Positions 48,182-58,031 of a stretch of DNA of 64,000 bases are shown here, piece by piece. Every line of letters starts with the position of its first letter. The first letter of the stretch is position 1. A program made the translations under genes and the position numbers. The stretch is from Candidatus Latescibacterota bacterium (GTDB taxonomy: Bacteria > Latescibacterota > UBA2968 > UBA8231), in the NCBI GenBank assembly GCA_964291625.2, contig OZ220089.1, positions 4,288,001-4,352,000 of the forward strand, given 5' to 3'. The notes under the pieces were generated by a model. The model searched no databases. It was not told the origin of the DNA and saw nothing but the letters and a program-made list of their open reading frames with translations.

Positions 48182-48541
48182 CTACTTCACTCGCTCTTGA
48201 GGAACGACACGAATTGCATCATCTGGCCGGCGCGACAATGGCGGCAGGTCAGCACGAGATTTCGGATCAATAACTGCGATCGTGTAGTCAACTGTGGTAT
48301 CAGGGTAGACCTGAACAATCTTGTAGTCGATGGAGGGGTTCGGCTCCACAACGTGGATCGAATACTTGACGCCCAACTCAGGAACATGCATGTGGCGCCT
48401 TTTCTTCAGGGCGTGATCGACCCTTCGAACCGAAGACGAGTCACCTTGAAAAGCCAGCGTCAATGGCTTCTCGGCGGGCTCGGCGCAGCTGGTCGCCAGG
48501 AGTGCCCCTACTGCTGAACAGAGGATCCAGAGTCGTCGCAT
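48182..48541 (-). CDS. Hypothetical lipoprotein
   Basis: MRRLWILCSAVGALLATSC lipoprotein-type signal; internal PxxDYxI repeats. Confidence 0.6.
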   Translation of the reverse strand: MRRLWILCSAVGALLATSCAEPAEKPLTLAFQGDSSSVRRVDHALKKRRHMHVPELGVKYSIHVVEPNPSIDYKIVQVYPDTTVDYTIAVIDPKSRADLPPLSRRPDDAIRVVPQERVK

Positions 48542-48845
48542 GCTCTCATCTCAACCGTGACCTTGTCGGCCTTCGCCGCCTCTCCCTGCAAACCTGGCGT
48601 ATGGATGACAAAGTGGTAATGGTCCTCGGAACAAGACAAGAACGTGTGCACCTCGCCCGGTTCGATGATGACGCCGGATCTCTCGCCAAAGTGGAACTCC
48701 TCGCCATCGACAAGCATCCACTGCAATCGTGTAGTCAATTGAGGTATCAGGGTAGATCTGAGCAATCTTGTAGTCGATGGACGGGTCTGGCTCCACAACG
48801 CGGATTGAGTACCTGGCGCCCGAGTCAGGAACATGCACGTGGCGC
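48273..48845. repeat. 126-bp diverged direct repeat (48273-48398 vs 48720-48845)
   Basis: Codon-by-codon comparison gives about 17 substitutions and no indels. Confidence 0.9.
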
Positions 48846-48859
48846 AAATAGATCGCCAA
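48545..48859 (-). pseudogene. Chimeric remnant: lipoprotein-paralogue fragment joined out of frame to a cupin C-terminal fragment
   Basis: RHVHVPDSGARYSIRVVEPDPSIDYKI in one frame; MLVDGEEFHF..VIIEPGEVHTF (cupin motif 2) in another. Confidence 0.65.
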
Positions 48860-48865
48860 AGGTCA

Positions 48866-50398
48866 TCAGGAACTCGGTTGCGCCGCCTCGCGCTCCGGCC
48901 GCCCTATATTGGGTCCCGCTTTGGTGTTGACGAAGCGTCGCTCGCGATTGGGGTTGCGCCAGCTGCGCACGCCGTGCGTCGTCGTGGCCGTGTACATGAT
49001 CACCGTTCCGGCAACCCCCTGCATATGCTTGACCTGCGGCAGGTCGCAGCTGGTTTGCTTCGGGCGCGGCAGCGGCAGCCGCGCTTTGTGGCTTCCGGGG
49101 ACTAACATCAGTCCACCGTCGCCCGTCGACGTCTCGACGTCTTGGAGCAGCCAGCCGATGTTCACCTGCTCCGTACGAGGCTGTCCGTCCCGGAAGTGAT
49201 AGGTAGGGCCGGCGCCGTAAAACCAGCCGCCATGAAGGGGCTGGCCGGCCGCCCCGTCGCGGCTGACGATGGTGTAGCACGTCGTCATGACGAAGCCCGG
49301 GTCGATCATCCACTTCAGCCGCGCATTCACGAGCGGATTGTCGATCATGCGTCGAAAGCCGTCGCTGAAGGGTGAGGGATGGGTCCAGGTCTGCGAGATG
49401 CGCTCTTCGGTGCAGCGCGTGCCCGGGGCCGGGGCAATAGTCTGAGAACAGCCCTCGTAGTTCGGGTACTCGCCCACGACACTGCTCGAAAGGCCCAGCG
49501 GCCGACGGTTGGCTTCGGCGAAGGGCGAGTCGAGCGCTGCATTGCACTGCGCTAACCACTCGCGGTCCATCACGCCAGGCAGCACCAGGTAGCCTCTTAG
49601 GTCCCAGAACCACACCTCCTCGTGGTTCGGCGCGTCAGGCCGCGTGTTGACGCCCAGCAGCGACGGCGCCAGCTGCTGCTCGTTGCTGAGGGGCTGGCCG
49701 TCGTGGCCGAGGCCGCGTGGTGGGCCGGCCACCAGCGCTCGGCGCGCCGGCGCGAGCTCATCCAGCCAGCTGTCCACACCCGTCGTGCCGTGGCCGAAGG
49801 CCCCCCCAGGGTAGCGGGAGTCGTCGCAAAAGATGCACTCCTGCAGCGAGGAGCCCGGGGCGGCGCCGACCAGCGTGGTGGCAACCGCGAGCAGACAGTC
49901 GCCAGCGCGGAGCTGCACGCACTCCGTCGCCCCGAGCTCCTCGGCGCGCGCCATGCTCGGGGGCGGCTGGACGTTGGCTTTGTGCGACGCGGGGCACACC
50001 ACCGCGCGGCTGTCGCCCACGGCCCACAGCGCGCGCAGCCCCCAGACGCACACCCGGTCGGGCCGGCTGGTCGTGTCGTAGCCCAGCCGGCGCTGCTCAT
50101 CCACCGTCAGATCATTGGCCCACTGCCCCTCTTTGGTCAGGCGGCGCGACGGCCGGTCCAGCTCAAACTTGATCGTGTGGAACTCCTGTTCCTTCCCTTC
50201 AGTACCGTCGTACGCAGCGCGGTGCCACAGTGGTAACTCCCCGCCAGCTAGCTGATCAATCGCAGCCAGCAAGTCCGGATGCTCAGCCAGAGCGGCGGGT
50301 GTGGCGTGCGCCGCTGCCGGCGCGTCGAGCAGGCTCGGGAGGAGGATATAGCCGTCGAGCTCGAAGGCCCACTTCTGCTCCTCGGTCATCAGCGCCAT
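48866..50398 (-). CDS. Two-domain phytanoyl-CoA dioxygenase (PhyH)-like Fe/2OG enzyme
   Basis: Two starts of the fold (EQKWAFELDGY; EVWFWDLRGYLV); C-domain LHGG, GGLMLVPGSHK, THG; N-domain appears degenerate. Confidence 0.8.
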   Translation of the reverse strand: MALMTEEQKWAFELDGYILLPSLLDAPAAAHATPAALAEHPDLLAAIDQLAGGELPLWHRAAYDGTEGKEQEFHTIKFELDRPSRRLTKEGQWANDLTVDEQRRLGYDTTSRPDRVCVWGLRALWAVGDSRAVVCPASHKANVQPPPSMARAEELGATECVQLRAGDCLLAVATTLVGAAPGSSLQECIFCDDSRYPGGAFGHGTTGVDSWLDELAPARRALVAGPPRGLGHDGQPLSNEQQLAPSLLGVNTRPDAPNHEEVWFWDLRGYLVLPGVMDREWLAQCNAALDSPFAEANRRPLGLSSSVVGEYPNYEGCSQTIAPAPGTRCTEERISQTWTHPSPFSDGFRRMIDNPLVNARLKWMIDPGFVMTTCYTIVSRDGAAGQPLHGGWFYGAGPTYHFRDGQPRTEQVNIGWLLQDVETSTGDGGLMLVPGSHKARLPLPRPKQTSCDLPQVKHMQGVAGTVIMYTATTTHGVRSWRNPNRERRFVNTKAGPNIGRPEREAAQPSS

Positions 50399-50739
50399 GG
50401 ACGCGCTCCGTGGAGATCGAAGAGGTACTTTTCCGTTTCGGTCATGAGGCAACCCTCTCTCTCACAGATCGTCGCATTTGCGATTTGAGTTTGTTAGTGG
50501 GATGTGACAATCATCGGAACGAAATGGCTCGGTAAGCCCGCTGTGGCGTTCTCTGTTTGCTTCGTGATATTGATTCACACCGATGCTCTCTTTTGTTGCC
50601 GATAACTCCCCATAGCCGAAGAAATCGTTCGGATATGGGTTGCCAGTTGTCAGCTATCCGAAACGTAGGTACCGAGGTAAACAGTGGCCAGCGGTACTTC
50701 CAGGCGGACGGATTCAAGGCGCGACCGTGAAGGCCGCTG

Positions 50740-51557
50740 CTATCCAGCCCTGCTCCCCCGGTAGGCCTCCACCTCGTCCCGGGCCGCCCGCGCCGTCAGC
50801 TCCAGCTCGCTGCCCAACTCGAAGAACCCGGCGCCGCGGCGGACCCAGTCCCGCGCCGTCCCGGGGCCGGAGGGAGTGGTCCCGAAGCAAACCCGGCGCT
50901 CGCGGCACAGCCGCAGGATTCGCCTCATGGGGCCGGTCACCTCGGGGTGGTCGTAGTCGCCGGGACGGCCCATGGCGATGGAGAAGTCGTAGGGGCCCAC
51001 GTAGACCACGTCCGCGTGGGGGCTGGCGGCGATGGCGGCGGCGTTGCGGAGGCCCTCGGCGGTCTCGATGTGGGCCACGATGCTGACGGACTGGTTCGCC
51101 CGCCGCAGCCAGGCGCCGTGGTCCTCGGGGATCCGGTAGTCGGTGCTGCCGTATCCCGGGGCCCCGGCGCGGGACCCCTTGGGCGGGAAGAGGGCGTAGT
51201 CGGCCAACTCGGCGAGCTGCTCGGGCGATTCGGTACGCGGCAGCTGCAGGCCGCACAGGCCGGCGTCGAGGAGGCGGGTCACCTCGCCGCGGTCGAGGCT
51301 CGTCTTGGCGATCGCCGGCAGGCCCAGGCCGCGGGCGGCGTGGACGAAGCCGGCCAGCTCCGGGGTCTGCAGGAAGGCGTGCTCAGTCTCGACGAAGAGG
51401 AAGTCGTACCCGGCCTCGGCCAGCAGGGTCGCCATCGACGGCCGCAGGTACTCCGAGACCATGCAGCCGAGGGCCGGCGGCCCTCGGCGCCGGCGCGGCG
51501 CAGGCGCCGGCGGAAGGCCCGGCCCAGGGCGGTGGGATCGGCGGGTCTCTTGCTCAT
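50740..51557 (-). CDS. HpcH/HpaI aldolase family, possible 5' frameshift
   Basis: GYDFLFVETEH, LLDAG, FPPKGSRA, HIET, VGPYDFS; the natural-looking N-terminus MSKRPADPTALGRAFRRRLR is in another frame. Confidence 0.85.
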
Positions 51558-51629
51558 TCAGCGCAATCAAGGAGTCCCCCCGGCGGGCGGCAAGGCGCTT
51601 GATGAGGTTCGCGGGCGCCGTTAGGTTGG

Positions 51630-54452
51630 ATGCTCTCCATGACGACCGCCTCCGCCCCCACCGATGCCGCCAGCCGCGCCCTCGGCCGCACCGGCGAGCT
51701 GGATCTCGAAGACCGCCGCGTCCTCTGCCTCCTCGACGGCCTGGCCCTGGCCTACCGCGCCCACTTCGCGCTGATCAACAACCCGGTCACCAACTCCCGG
51801 GGGATGAACACCTCGGCGCCCTTCGTCTTCACCAACACCCTGCTGGAGCTTCTGGAGCGCTTCGAGCCGACCCACCTGGCCGCCGTCTTCGACACCGGCG
51901 AGCCGACCCACCGGCACGAGGAGTTCGCCGAGTACAAGGCCCAGCGCGAGAGCATGCCCGAGGATCTGGGCACGGCCATGCCCTACGTCTTCCGCATCCT
52001 CGAGGGGTTCAACATCCCCGTGGTGCGCGTCGACGGCTGGGAGGCCGACGACGTCATCGGCACCCTGGCGCGCCGCGCCGAGTCGGCGGGCATGACGACC
52101 TACATGGTCACGCCCGACAAGGACTTCGCCCAGCTCGTGTCGGAGCGGACCCTGCTCTACCGGCCGGGCCGCTCCGGCCGGCCTCCGGAGCTGCTCAACC
52201 AGGACGACGTGCTGGCCAAGTGGAAGATCGAGCGCATCGAGCAGATCCCCGACCTCTTCGGGCTCATGGGAGACGCCATCGACAACGTCCCCGGCGTGCC
52301 CGGCATCGGCGAGAAGACGGCCCAGAAGCTGCTCGCCGACTTCGGCACCGTGGAGCAGCTCCTCGACCGCGTCGAGGAGATCAAGGGCAAGCGCCGCCAG
52401 GTCCTTCAGGAGCACGCCGACCAGGCGCGGCTCTCCAAGCGGCTGGTGACGATCGAGACCGACGTTCCCGTGGAGCTAGAGATCGAAACCCTCAAGCGGG
52501 GGCCCGCCGACGACAAGGCTCTCACCGGGCTGTTCTCGGAGCTGGAGTTCAACGCCCTCGGCAAGCGCCTCTTCGGCGACGACTTCGAGGCCGGGGTGCA
52601 GCGCCTCCACGCCGGCGTCGAGGATCCCCACGAGGTCCGCTCCATCGCCGACGTGGAGCACGACTACCGCACCGTCGAGGACGCCGCCGGCCGCGCCGCG
52701 CTGATCTCCGAGCTGAAGCAGGCCGGCGCCTTCGCCCTCGACCTGGAGACGACGAGCCTCAACCCGCGCACCTGCGAGTTGCTGGGCCTGGCGGTGAGCC
52801 ACACGCCTCACGCCGGCGCCTACGTCCCCTTCCCGGAAGACGAGGAGGAGGGCCGCGCCGTGCTCGAGGAGCTGCGCCCGCTGCTCGAGGACCCGGCGGT
52901 GGCCAAGATCGGCCACAACCTCAAGTTCGATCTCGTCGCCCTGCGCTGGCACGGCATCGAGGTGCAGGGCCGCCTCTTCGACACGATGGTGGCCGCCTTC
53001 CTCGCCGTGCCCGACCTGCGCCGCTCCCTCGACTACCTCTCCCAGGCCCTGCTCGGGTACAGGCCGGTGCCCATCGCCGACCTGATCGGCGAGCGCGGCG
53101 AGGACCAGCGCAGCATGCGCGAGGTGCCGCTTCGGGAGCTGACGGAGTACGCGGTGGAGGACGCCGACGTGGCCCTGCAGCTGAGCCACAAGCTGGAGCC
53201 GATGCTCGAGGAGTCGGGGCAGATGCCGCTCTACGAGGAGGTCGAGGCGCCCCTGATCCCGGTGCTGGCGGCCATGGAGCACGCCGGCATCCGCGTCGAC
53301 CCCGCCATCCTCAAGACGATCTCCGACGAGTTGGCGGAGCGGATCGAGTCGGCGGCGCAACGGATCGAGGAGCTGGCGGGCGAGCCCTTCAACCTCAACT
53401 CGCCCCAGCAGCTCGGCAACATCCTCTTCGAGAAGCTGCAGCTCGATCCAAACGCCCGCCGCACCTCCAAGTCGAAGCAGTACAAGACCGACGAGATGGT
53501 CCTCACGCGGCTCTCCCACGAGCACGAGATCGCCGCCCGGATCCTCGACCACCGGCTGTGCACCAAGCTGAAGTCGACCTACCTCGACATGCTCCCCGGG
53601 GCGATCTTCCCCGGCACCGGCCGCGTCCACACCCACTACGAGCAGGCCGTGGCCGCCACCGGCCGCATGCAGTCGAGCGGCCCCAACCTGCAGAACATCC
53701 CGATCCGCACCGAGCAGGGGCGCGAGATCCGCAAGGCCTTCGTGCCCGGAGGGCCCGAGTACACCCTGCTGGCCGCCGACTACTCCCAGATCGAGCTGCG
53801 CATCATCGCCGAGATCTGCGGCGACGAGCGCATGAACCGCGCCTTCCGCGAACGCGAGGACATCCACGCGGTGACCGCCTCGCGCATCTGGGGGGTGCCG
53901 GAGGAGATGGTCGACGACGAGATGCGGCGCCAGGCGAAGACGGTCAACTTCGGCATCATCTACGGTATCTCCGCCTTCGGTCTGTCCGAGCGGCTGGGCC
54001 TGCCGCGCAAGCTGGGGCAGCAGTTCATCGAGCAGTACTTCGAGGAGTACCCCGGGGTGCGCCGCTACATGGACGAGACGATCGAGTTCTGCAAGGAGCA
54101 CGGGTACGTGGAGACGATGCTCGGCCGCCGCCGCTACCTGAAGGACATCCACTCCCGCAACCGGGCGGTGCGCGCCGCCGCCGAGCGCAACGCCATCAAC
54201 TCGCCGATCCAGGGCACGGCGGCGGACATGATCAAGCGCGCCATGGTGGCCATCCACCGGCAGCAGGTCGAGCGGGGCTGGAAGACGCGCATGCTGCTGC
54301 AGGTCCACGACGAGCTGCTCTTCGACCTCCACCGCGAGGAGGAGGAGGAGGTGCGGGAGGTGGTGTCCCGGGAGATGAAGGAGGCGATCCCCATGAAGGT
54401 TCCCATCGACGTGGAGATGGGCACCGGCGAGACCTGGCTGGACGCCCACTGA
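51630..54452 (+). CDS. polA: DNA polymerase I
   Basis: 5'-3' exonuclease (EADDVIGT, GIGEKTA), 3'-5' exonuclease DLET, ADYSQIELR, AKTVNFGIIYG, LQVHDEL. Confidence 0.98.
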   Translation: MLSMTTASAPTDAASRALGRTGELDLEDRRVLCLLDGLALAYRAHFALINNPVTNSRGMNTSAPFVFTNTLLELLERFEPTHLAAVFDTGEPTHRHEEFAEYKAQRESMPEDLGTAMPYVFRILEGFNIPVVRVDGWEADDVIGTLARRAESAGMTTYMVTPDKDFAQLVSERTLLYRPGRSGRPPELLNQDDVLAKWKIERIEQIPDLFGLMGDAIDNVPGVPGIGEKTAQKLLADFGTVEQLLDRVEEIKGKRRQVLQEHADQARLSKRLVTIETDVPVELEIETLKRGPADDKALTGLFSELEFNALGKRLFGDDFEAGVQRLHAGVEDPHEVRSIADVEHDYRTVEDAAGRAALISELKQAGAFALDLETTSLNPRTCELLGLAVSHTPHAGAYVPFPEDEEEGRAVLEELRPLLEDPAVAKIGHNLKFDLVALRWHGIEVQGRLFDTMVAAFLAVPDLRRSLDYLSQALLGYRPVPIADLIGERGEDQRSMREVPLRELTEYAVEDADVALQLSHKLEPMLEESGQMPLYEEVEAPLIPVLAAMEHAGIRVDPAILKTISDELAERIESAAQRIEELAGEPFNLNSPQQLGNILFEKLQLDPNARRTSKSKQYKTDEMVLTRLSHEHEIAARILDHRLCTKLKSTYLDMLPGAIFPGTGRVHTHYEQAVAATGRMQSSGPNLQNIPIRTEQGREIRKAFVPGGPEYTLLAADYSQIELRIIAEICGDERMNRAFREREDIHAVTASRIWGVPEEMVDDEMRRQAKTVNFGIIYGISAFGLSERLGLPRKLGQQFIEQYFEEYPGVRRYMDETIEFCKEHGYVETMLGRRRYLKDIHSRNRAVRAAAERNAINSPIQGTAADMIKRAMVAIHRQQVERGWKTRMLLQVHDELLFDLHREEEEEVREVVSREMKEAIPMKVPIDVEMGTGETWLDAH

Positions 54453-54463
54453 GAGGAGGAAGA

Positions 54464-56248
54464 GTGAACGAGAACGGCTGGATGCAGGTCGCCACCGTCG
54501 GCGAGATCGATCCCGGACAGGCCAAGGCCGTGCGCCTGGGCCAGGAAGGTCGCAGCGTGGCCCTCTTCAACGAGGGAGGGCGCATCTACGCCACCGACAA
54601 CCAGTGCCCCCACATGGGCTACCCCCTCACGCGCGGAGTGGTGCGCAACGGCGTCGTCACCTGCGACTGGCATGGGCGGCGCTTCGACCTCGAGGGCGGC
54701 GGCTGCTTCAACAACATGTGCGACGACCTCGCCGTCTTCCCCGTGGAGATCCGGGCCGGCGGCCAGGTGTGGATTCAGGTGGAGGAGGAGGGCTACCGGC
54801 GCAAGGAGGTGCACCTCGAGCTGCTGCGCGAGGGGCTCCTCCACGGCGACCGCTGGACGATCTCCAAGGCCCTGGCCCTGCTGTCCCGCGGCGGCGTGCC
54901 GCGGGAGGAGGTCGTGGCCGTGGTGCTGCGCCACTTCGGCCGCCGCGTGGCCAGCTCCGGCGGCGACGAGGCGGGCACCGACCTGGGGCGCCTGGTGGGC
55001 GGCCTGGCGGTGGCCGACCGCTACGACGGCGCCGATCAGCTGGCCTGCCTGGCCACGGCGGCCACGGCCGCCTCGGGCGAGGCGGCTTCGCGGCTGCGGG
55101 TCGTGCCCCTGCCCGAGCCGGTGACGCAGGAGCGCATCGAGGACTGGGTGCGCGTGTTCTCGCGCAACGGCCAGGCCAACCGCATCGAGCGCTGCCTCTT
55201 CACCACCCGTTCGCGCGGCGACACGGAGCGCATCCTGCCGCTGCTCTTCGAGTGCGCCGTGCAGCCGGGGTTCCTCGGCTTCGGCGGCAACCTCGTCAGC
55301 CTCGCCTGCCTGGCCGACGTGGTGGACCGCTTCGGCTGGGAGGCGTCGTCCGAGCTGGTCCTCAACCTCGGGTCGCGCACGGTGGGACAGGGACGCGGCG
55401 AGCCCGAGCTGTTCCGCCGCGACGCCATCCGCAAGATGCGGGACCTCGCCGGCGTCATCGACCAGGCGGCGGAGTCTCCCGGGCAGGGGCTCGAGTTCGA
55501 CGAGGACGCCCTGGCGGCGGACCTGCTCAGCGGCGACCTGGAACGGTCCTTCGACTCCCTGGCGCGGACGCTGCAGTCCGGCGTGTCCCCGCAGCGCCTG
55601 ATCACCACCTTCCTGCTGGTCGCCGCCGACCGCATGGCGCGCACGCCGGTGAACGTCGACGCCGGCTGGAGCTGCCTCACTCTCGAGCTGGACCTGGCGC
55701 GGTCGCTGCGCACGGCCCTGCGCATCGGCGGCCCCCGGGTCGCCGCCATGGGGTTGTTCCACGCCGCCTGGCACCTGTTCGCCGACCGCTGGCTCAACAT
55801 CCCCGCCCGGCCCCTGTCCGAGCCCCCGGAGGCCGTCCCGTCGACGGCCGCCTCGGCCGGGGAAGGGGTCGAGGAGGTGGCCCGGGCGGTGCAGACCCTG
55901 GACGTGCACGCCGCCGGCGAGAGCGCCGCGGGCTACCTGGCGGCCGGACTCGACGCCGATCTGCTGCTGCACCGGTTGGGGGTGCTGGTCCTGTGGAACG
56001 ACACCGGCGCCCGTCTGCTGCCGACGCTCCGGTCGGTGGTCGACGAGTTCGCCGGCACCCGGGGCTCCGACGCCGCCCTCGGCGCGGGCCACCCGGCGGC
56101 GGCGCAGCTGGTGGCGGGCCTGGCGAGGTACGCCACCGACGTGCGCACCAGCAAGGCCAGCGGCGCGGCGACGACCACCGCCCTGCGCTTCGCCGAGGGC
56201 CTCACCACCATCGACGTATTCGCCGACGAGGAGCCGGCCCAGCCATGA
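54464..56248 (+). CDS. Rieske [2Fe-2S] domain plus large helical domain, paralogue 1
   Basis: SD GAGGAGG and GTG start; CPHMGYPL...CDWH; about 480-aa helical C-terminal part. Confidence 0.88.
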   Translation: MNENGWMQVATVGEIDPGQAKAVRLGQEGRSVALFNEGGRIYATDNQCPHMGYPLTRGVVRNGVVTCDWHGRRFDLEGGGCFNNMCDDLAVFPVEIRAGGQVWIQVEEEGYRRKEVHLELLREGLLHGDRWTISKALALLSRGGVPREEVVAVVLRHFGRRVASSGGDEAGTDLGRLVGGLAVADRYDGADQLACLATAATAASGEAASRLRVVPLPEPVTQERIEDWVRVFSRNGQANRIERCLFTTRSRGDTERILPLLFECAVQPGFLGFGGNLVSLACLADVVDRFGWEASSELVLNLGSRTVGQGRGEPELFRRDAIRKMRDLAGVIDQAAESPGQGLEFDEDALAADLLSGDLERSFDSLARTLQSGVSPQRLITTFLLVAADRMARTPVNVDAGWSCLTLELDLARSLRTALRIGGPRVAAMGLFHAAWHLFADRWLNIPARPLSEPPEAVPSTAASAGEGVEEVARAVQTLDVHAAGESAAGYLAAGLDADLLLHRLGVLVLWNDTGARLLPTLRSVVDEFAGTRGSDAALGAGHPAAAQLVAGLARYATDVRTSKASGAATTTALRFAEGLTTIDVFADEEPAQP

Positions 56249-57993
56249 GCGCGAATGGAGACTTCGTGAGAGTCGCCTCCATCGACGAGGTCGTCGAGGG
56301 GCAGCCGAAAGCGGTCCGCGTCGAGGGCCGGAGCGTCGCCCTCTTCCAGCACCGGGGCCGCTACTACGCCACCGACAACCAGTGCCCCCACATGGGCTAC
56401 CCCCTCACCCGCGGCATCGTGCGCGACGGGGTGCTGACCTGCGACTGGCACGGGTACAGCTACGACCTGGGCGGCGGCGGCTGTTTCACCGGCGGCTGCG
56501 ACGACCTCGATACCTACCCGGTGGAGGTTCGGGACGGCGAGATCCACATCGACGTCAGGAGCGGCGGCTCCCGGCGGGACGACGCCCACTTCCTGCTGCT
56601 GGAGGAGGGCCTGAACAACGGCGACAGCTGGACCCTCTCCAAGGCGATCGCCATCCTCCTGGCCCGCGGCGTCTCCGAGGGCGAGACCCTCGAGAAGCTG
56701 GTGCGCCACATGGGCCGCTACGCGGCCACCCAGCTCGACGCCCGTCAGGCGGGCAACGAGGTGGCCCTCTTCGTCAACGGTCTCGCCGTGGCCCGGCGCT
56801 ACGAGCCGGAGGAGCGGCTGATCCCGCTGATGATGGCGGCCACGGCCGCCTCGGGGCGCGCCGGCGACCGGCCGCCCCTGCGGGAGCTGCCCGGGGTCTC
56901 GGCCGGCGGAACGGTTCCCTACGACAGGCTCGCCGGCTGGGTGCGGTACTTCTCCGAGGACAAGATGTGGGAGGGGATCGAGAAGTGCCTGCTCACGATG
57001 CGAAGCCAGGGCGGCCGCGACGACGACATACCTCCCCTGCTCTTCGAGTGCGCCGTGGCCCCCCACTTCATCGCCGTCCGCGACAACCTGCGCAACCTCG
57101 GTTACCTCATGGAGTTGCTCGACGAGTTCGGCTGGGAGATCGGCGAGGAACTGGTCTGCAACACGGCGGCGAAGATGCTCGGTCGCGGCCGGGGCGTTCC
57201 CGGCGATCTGCTGCGCGAGGCCATGGATCTCTTCGAGGGGACGCCGATCCCCGACGATCCGGACGAGGCCTCGGGCGAGTTCGACGAGGCGGCCTTCGTC
57301 GAGGGGCTGGTGAGCGGCAACGTGCGCGCCACCTTCGAGGCCGTGACCCAGGCCCTGAGGGAGGGGGCCGGCGTCGAGCAGCTGGCCACCTCGATGGTGA
57401 TGCTCGCCGCCGACCGCATGGCGCGCACCCCCGTGGGCATGAGCCCGGGGTGGGGGGACCTGGCCTGGGAGATGTCCCTGGCCTCGGCGGTGCGCACCGT
57501 CAACCGCCGGGCCGGGGCCGGAGCCGCGCGCCGGAGCCTCTACCACGCCGCCTGGGTGTTCTTCGACAACCGCTGGCTGAACATCCCCCAGCGCCGGCTC
57601 GCCGAGGCCGAAGCCGCCTCGGGCAACGGCACCGCCCCCGGGGAGGAGGATGCCGCCCTCGAGCGGATCGTCGAGGCCATCGAGTCGATCCAGGTGCGCC
57701 GCATCGGCCGCATGACGCGGGACTACCTCAACGCCGGCCACGACGGCGACCGCCTGCTGCGCGAGCTGGGCCTGGTCATCCTGGGCGACGACAACGGCTG
57801 GGATCTGCTGCACACCCTGCGCACCGTCTTCGACGAGTGGGAGCGCTGCGCCGGCCACCCGGCGCGCAACCAGCTCCTCGTGGGACTGTCGCGCTGGGCG
57901 GCGGACACGCGCCGCCGGATCGGCAGCCAGTCGGCGGCGGCCACGGCCCAGCGCTTCGCCCGCGGCGAGACGGCGGTGGAGCTGTACGAGTAG
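56245..57993 (+). CDS. Rieske [2Fe-2S] domain plus large helical domain, paralogue 2
   Basis: ATGA overlap with paralogue 1; ATDNQCPHMGYPLTRG, CDWH, AADRMARTPV and RWLNIP are shared. Confidence 0.88.
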   Translation: MSANGDFVRVASIDEVVEGQPKAVRVEGRSVALFQHRGRYYATDNQCPHMGYPLTRGIVRDGVLTCDWHGYSYDLGGGGCFTGGCDDLDTYPVEVRDGEIHIDVRSGGSRRDDAHFLLLEEGLNNGDSWTLSKAIAILLARGVSEGETLEKLVRHMGRYAATQLDARQAGNEVALFVNGLAVARRYEPEERLIPLMMAATAASGRAGDRPPLRELPGVSAGGTVPYDRLAGWVRYFSEDKMWEGIEKCLLTMRSQGGRDDDIPPLLFECAVAPHFIAVRDNLRNLGYLMELLDEFGWEIGEELVCNTAAKMLGRGRGVPGDLLREAMDLFEGTPIPDDPDEASGEFDEAAFVEGLVSGNVRATFEAVTQALREGAGVEQLATSMVMLAADRMARTPVGMSPGWGDLAWEMSLASAVRTVNRRAGAGAARRSLYHAAWVFFDNRWLNIPQRRLAEAEAASGNGTAPGEEDAALERIVEAIESIQVRRIGRMTRDYLNAGHDGDRLLRELGLVILGDDNGWDLLHTLRTVFDEWERCAGHPARNQLLVGLSRWAADTRRRIGSQSAAATAQRFARGETAVELYE

Positions 57994-58031
57994 CCCGGCC
58001 ACAGAAGCTGCATCATCACGGAAAGGGCACC

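Noticed and set aside
48273-48845. 126-bp repeat pair as a DGR template/variable repeat
   Set aside because: Mismatches include T/C and G/C changes and are not adenine-specific; no reverse transcriptase is in the window.
50400-50740. Lower-GC intergenic stretch with inverted repeat TTCGGATA...TATCCGAA
   Set aside because: Single short stem with no transposase, target duplication or known RNA motif; insufficient support.
51305-56248. 1647-aa ORF, and similar long Arg/Gly/Pro-rich ORFs (19038-22691, 4433-7768, 54604-57993, 56382-59405)
   Set aside because: Shadow frames of high-GC genes; where they contain a real gene, only the 3' part has normal composition, so they are not true fusions.
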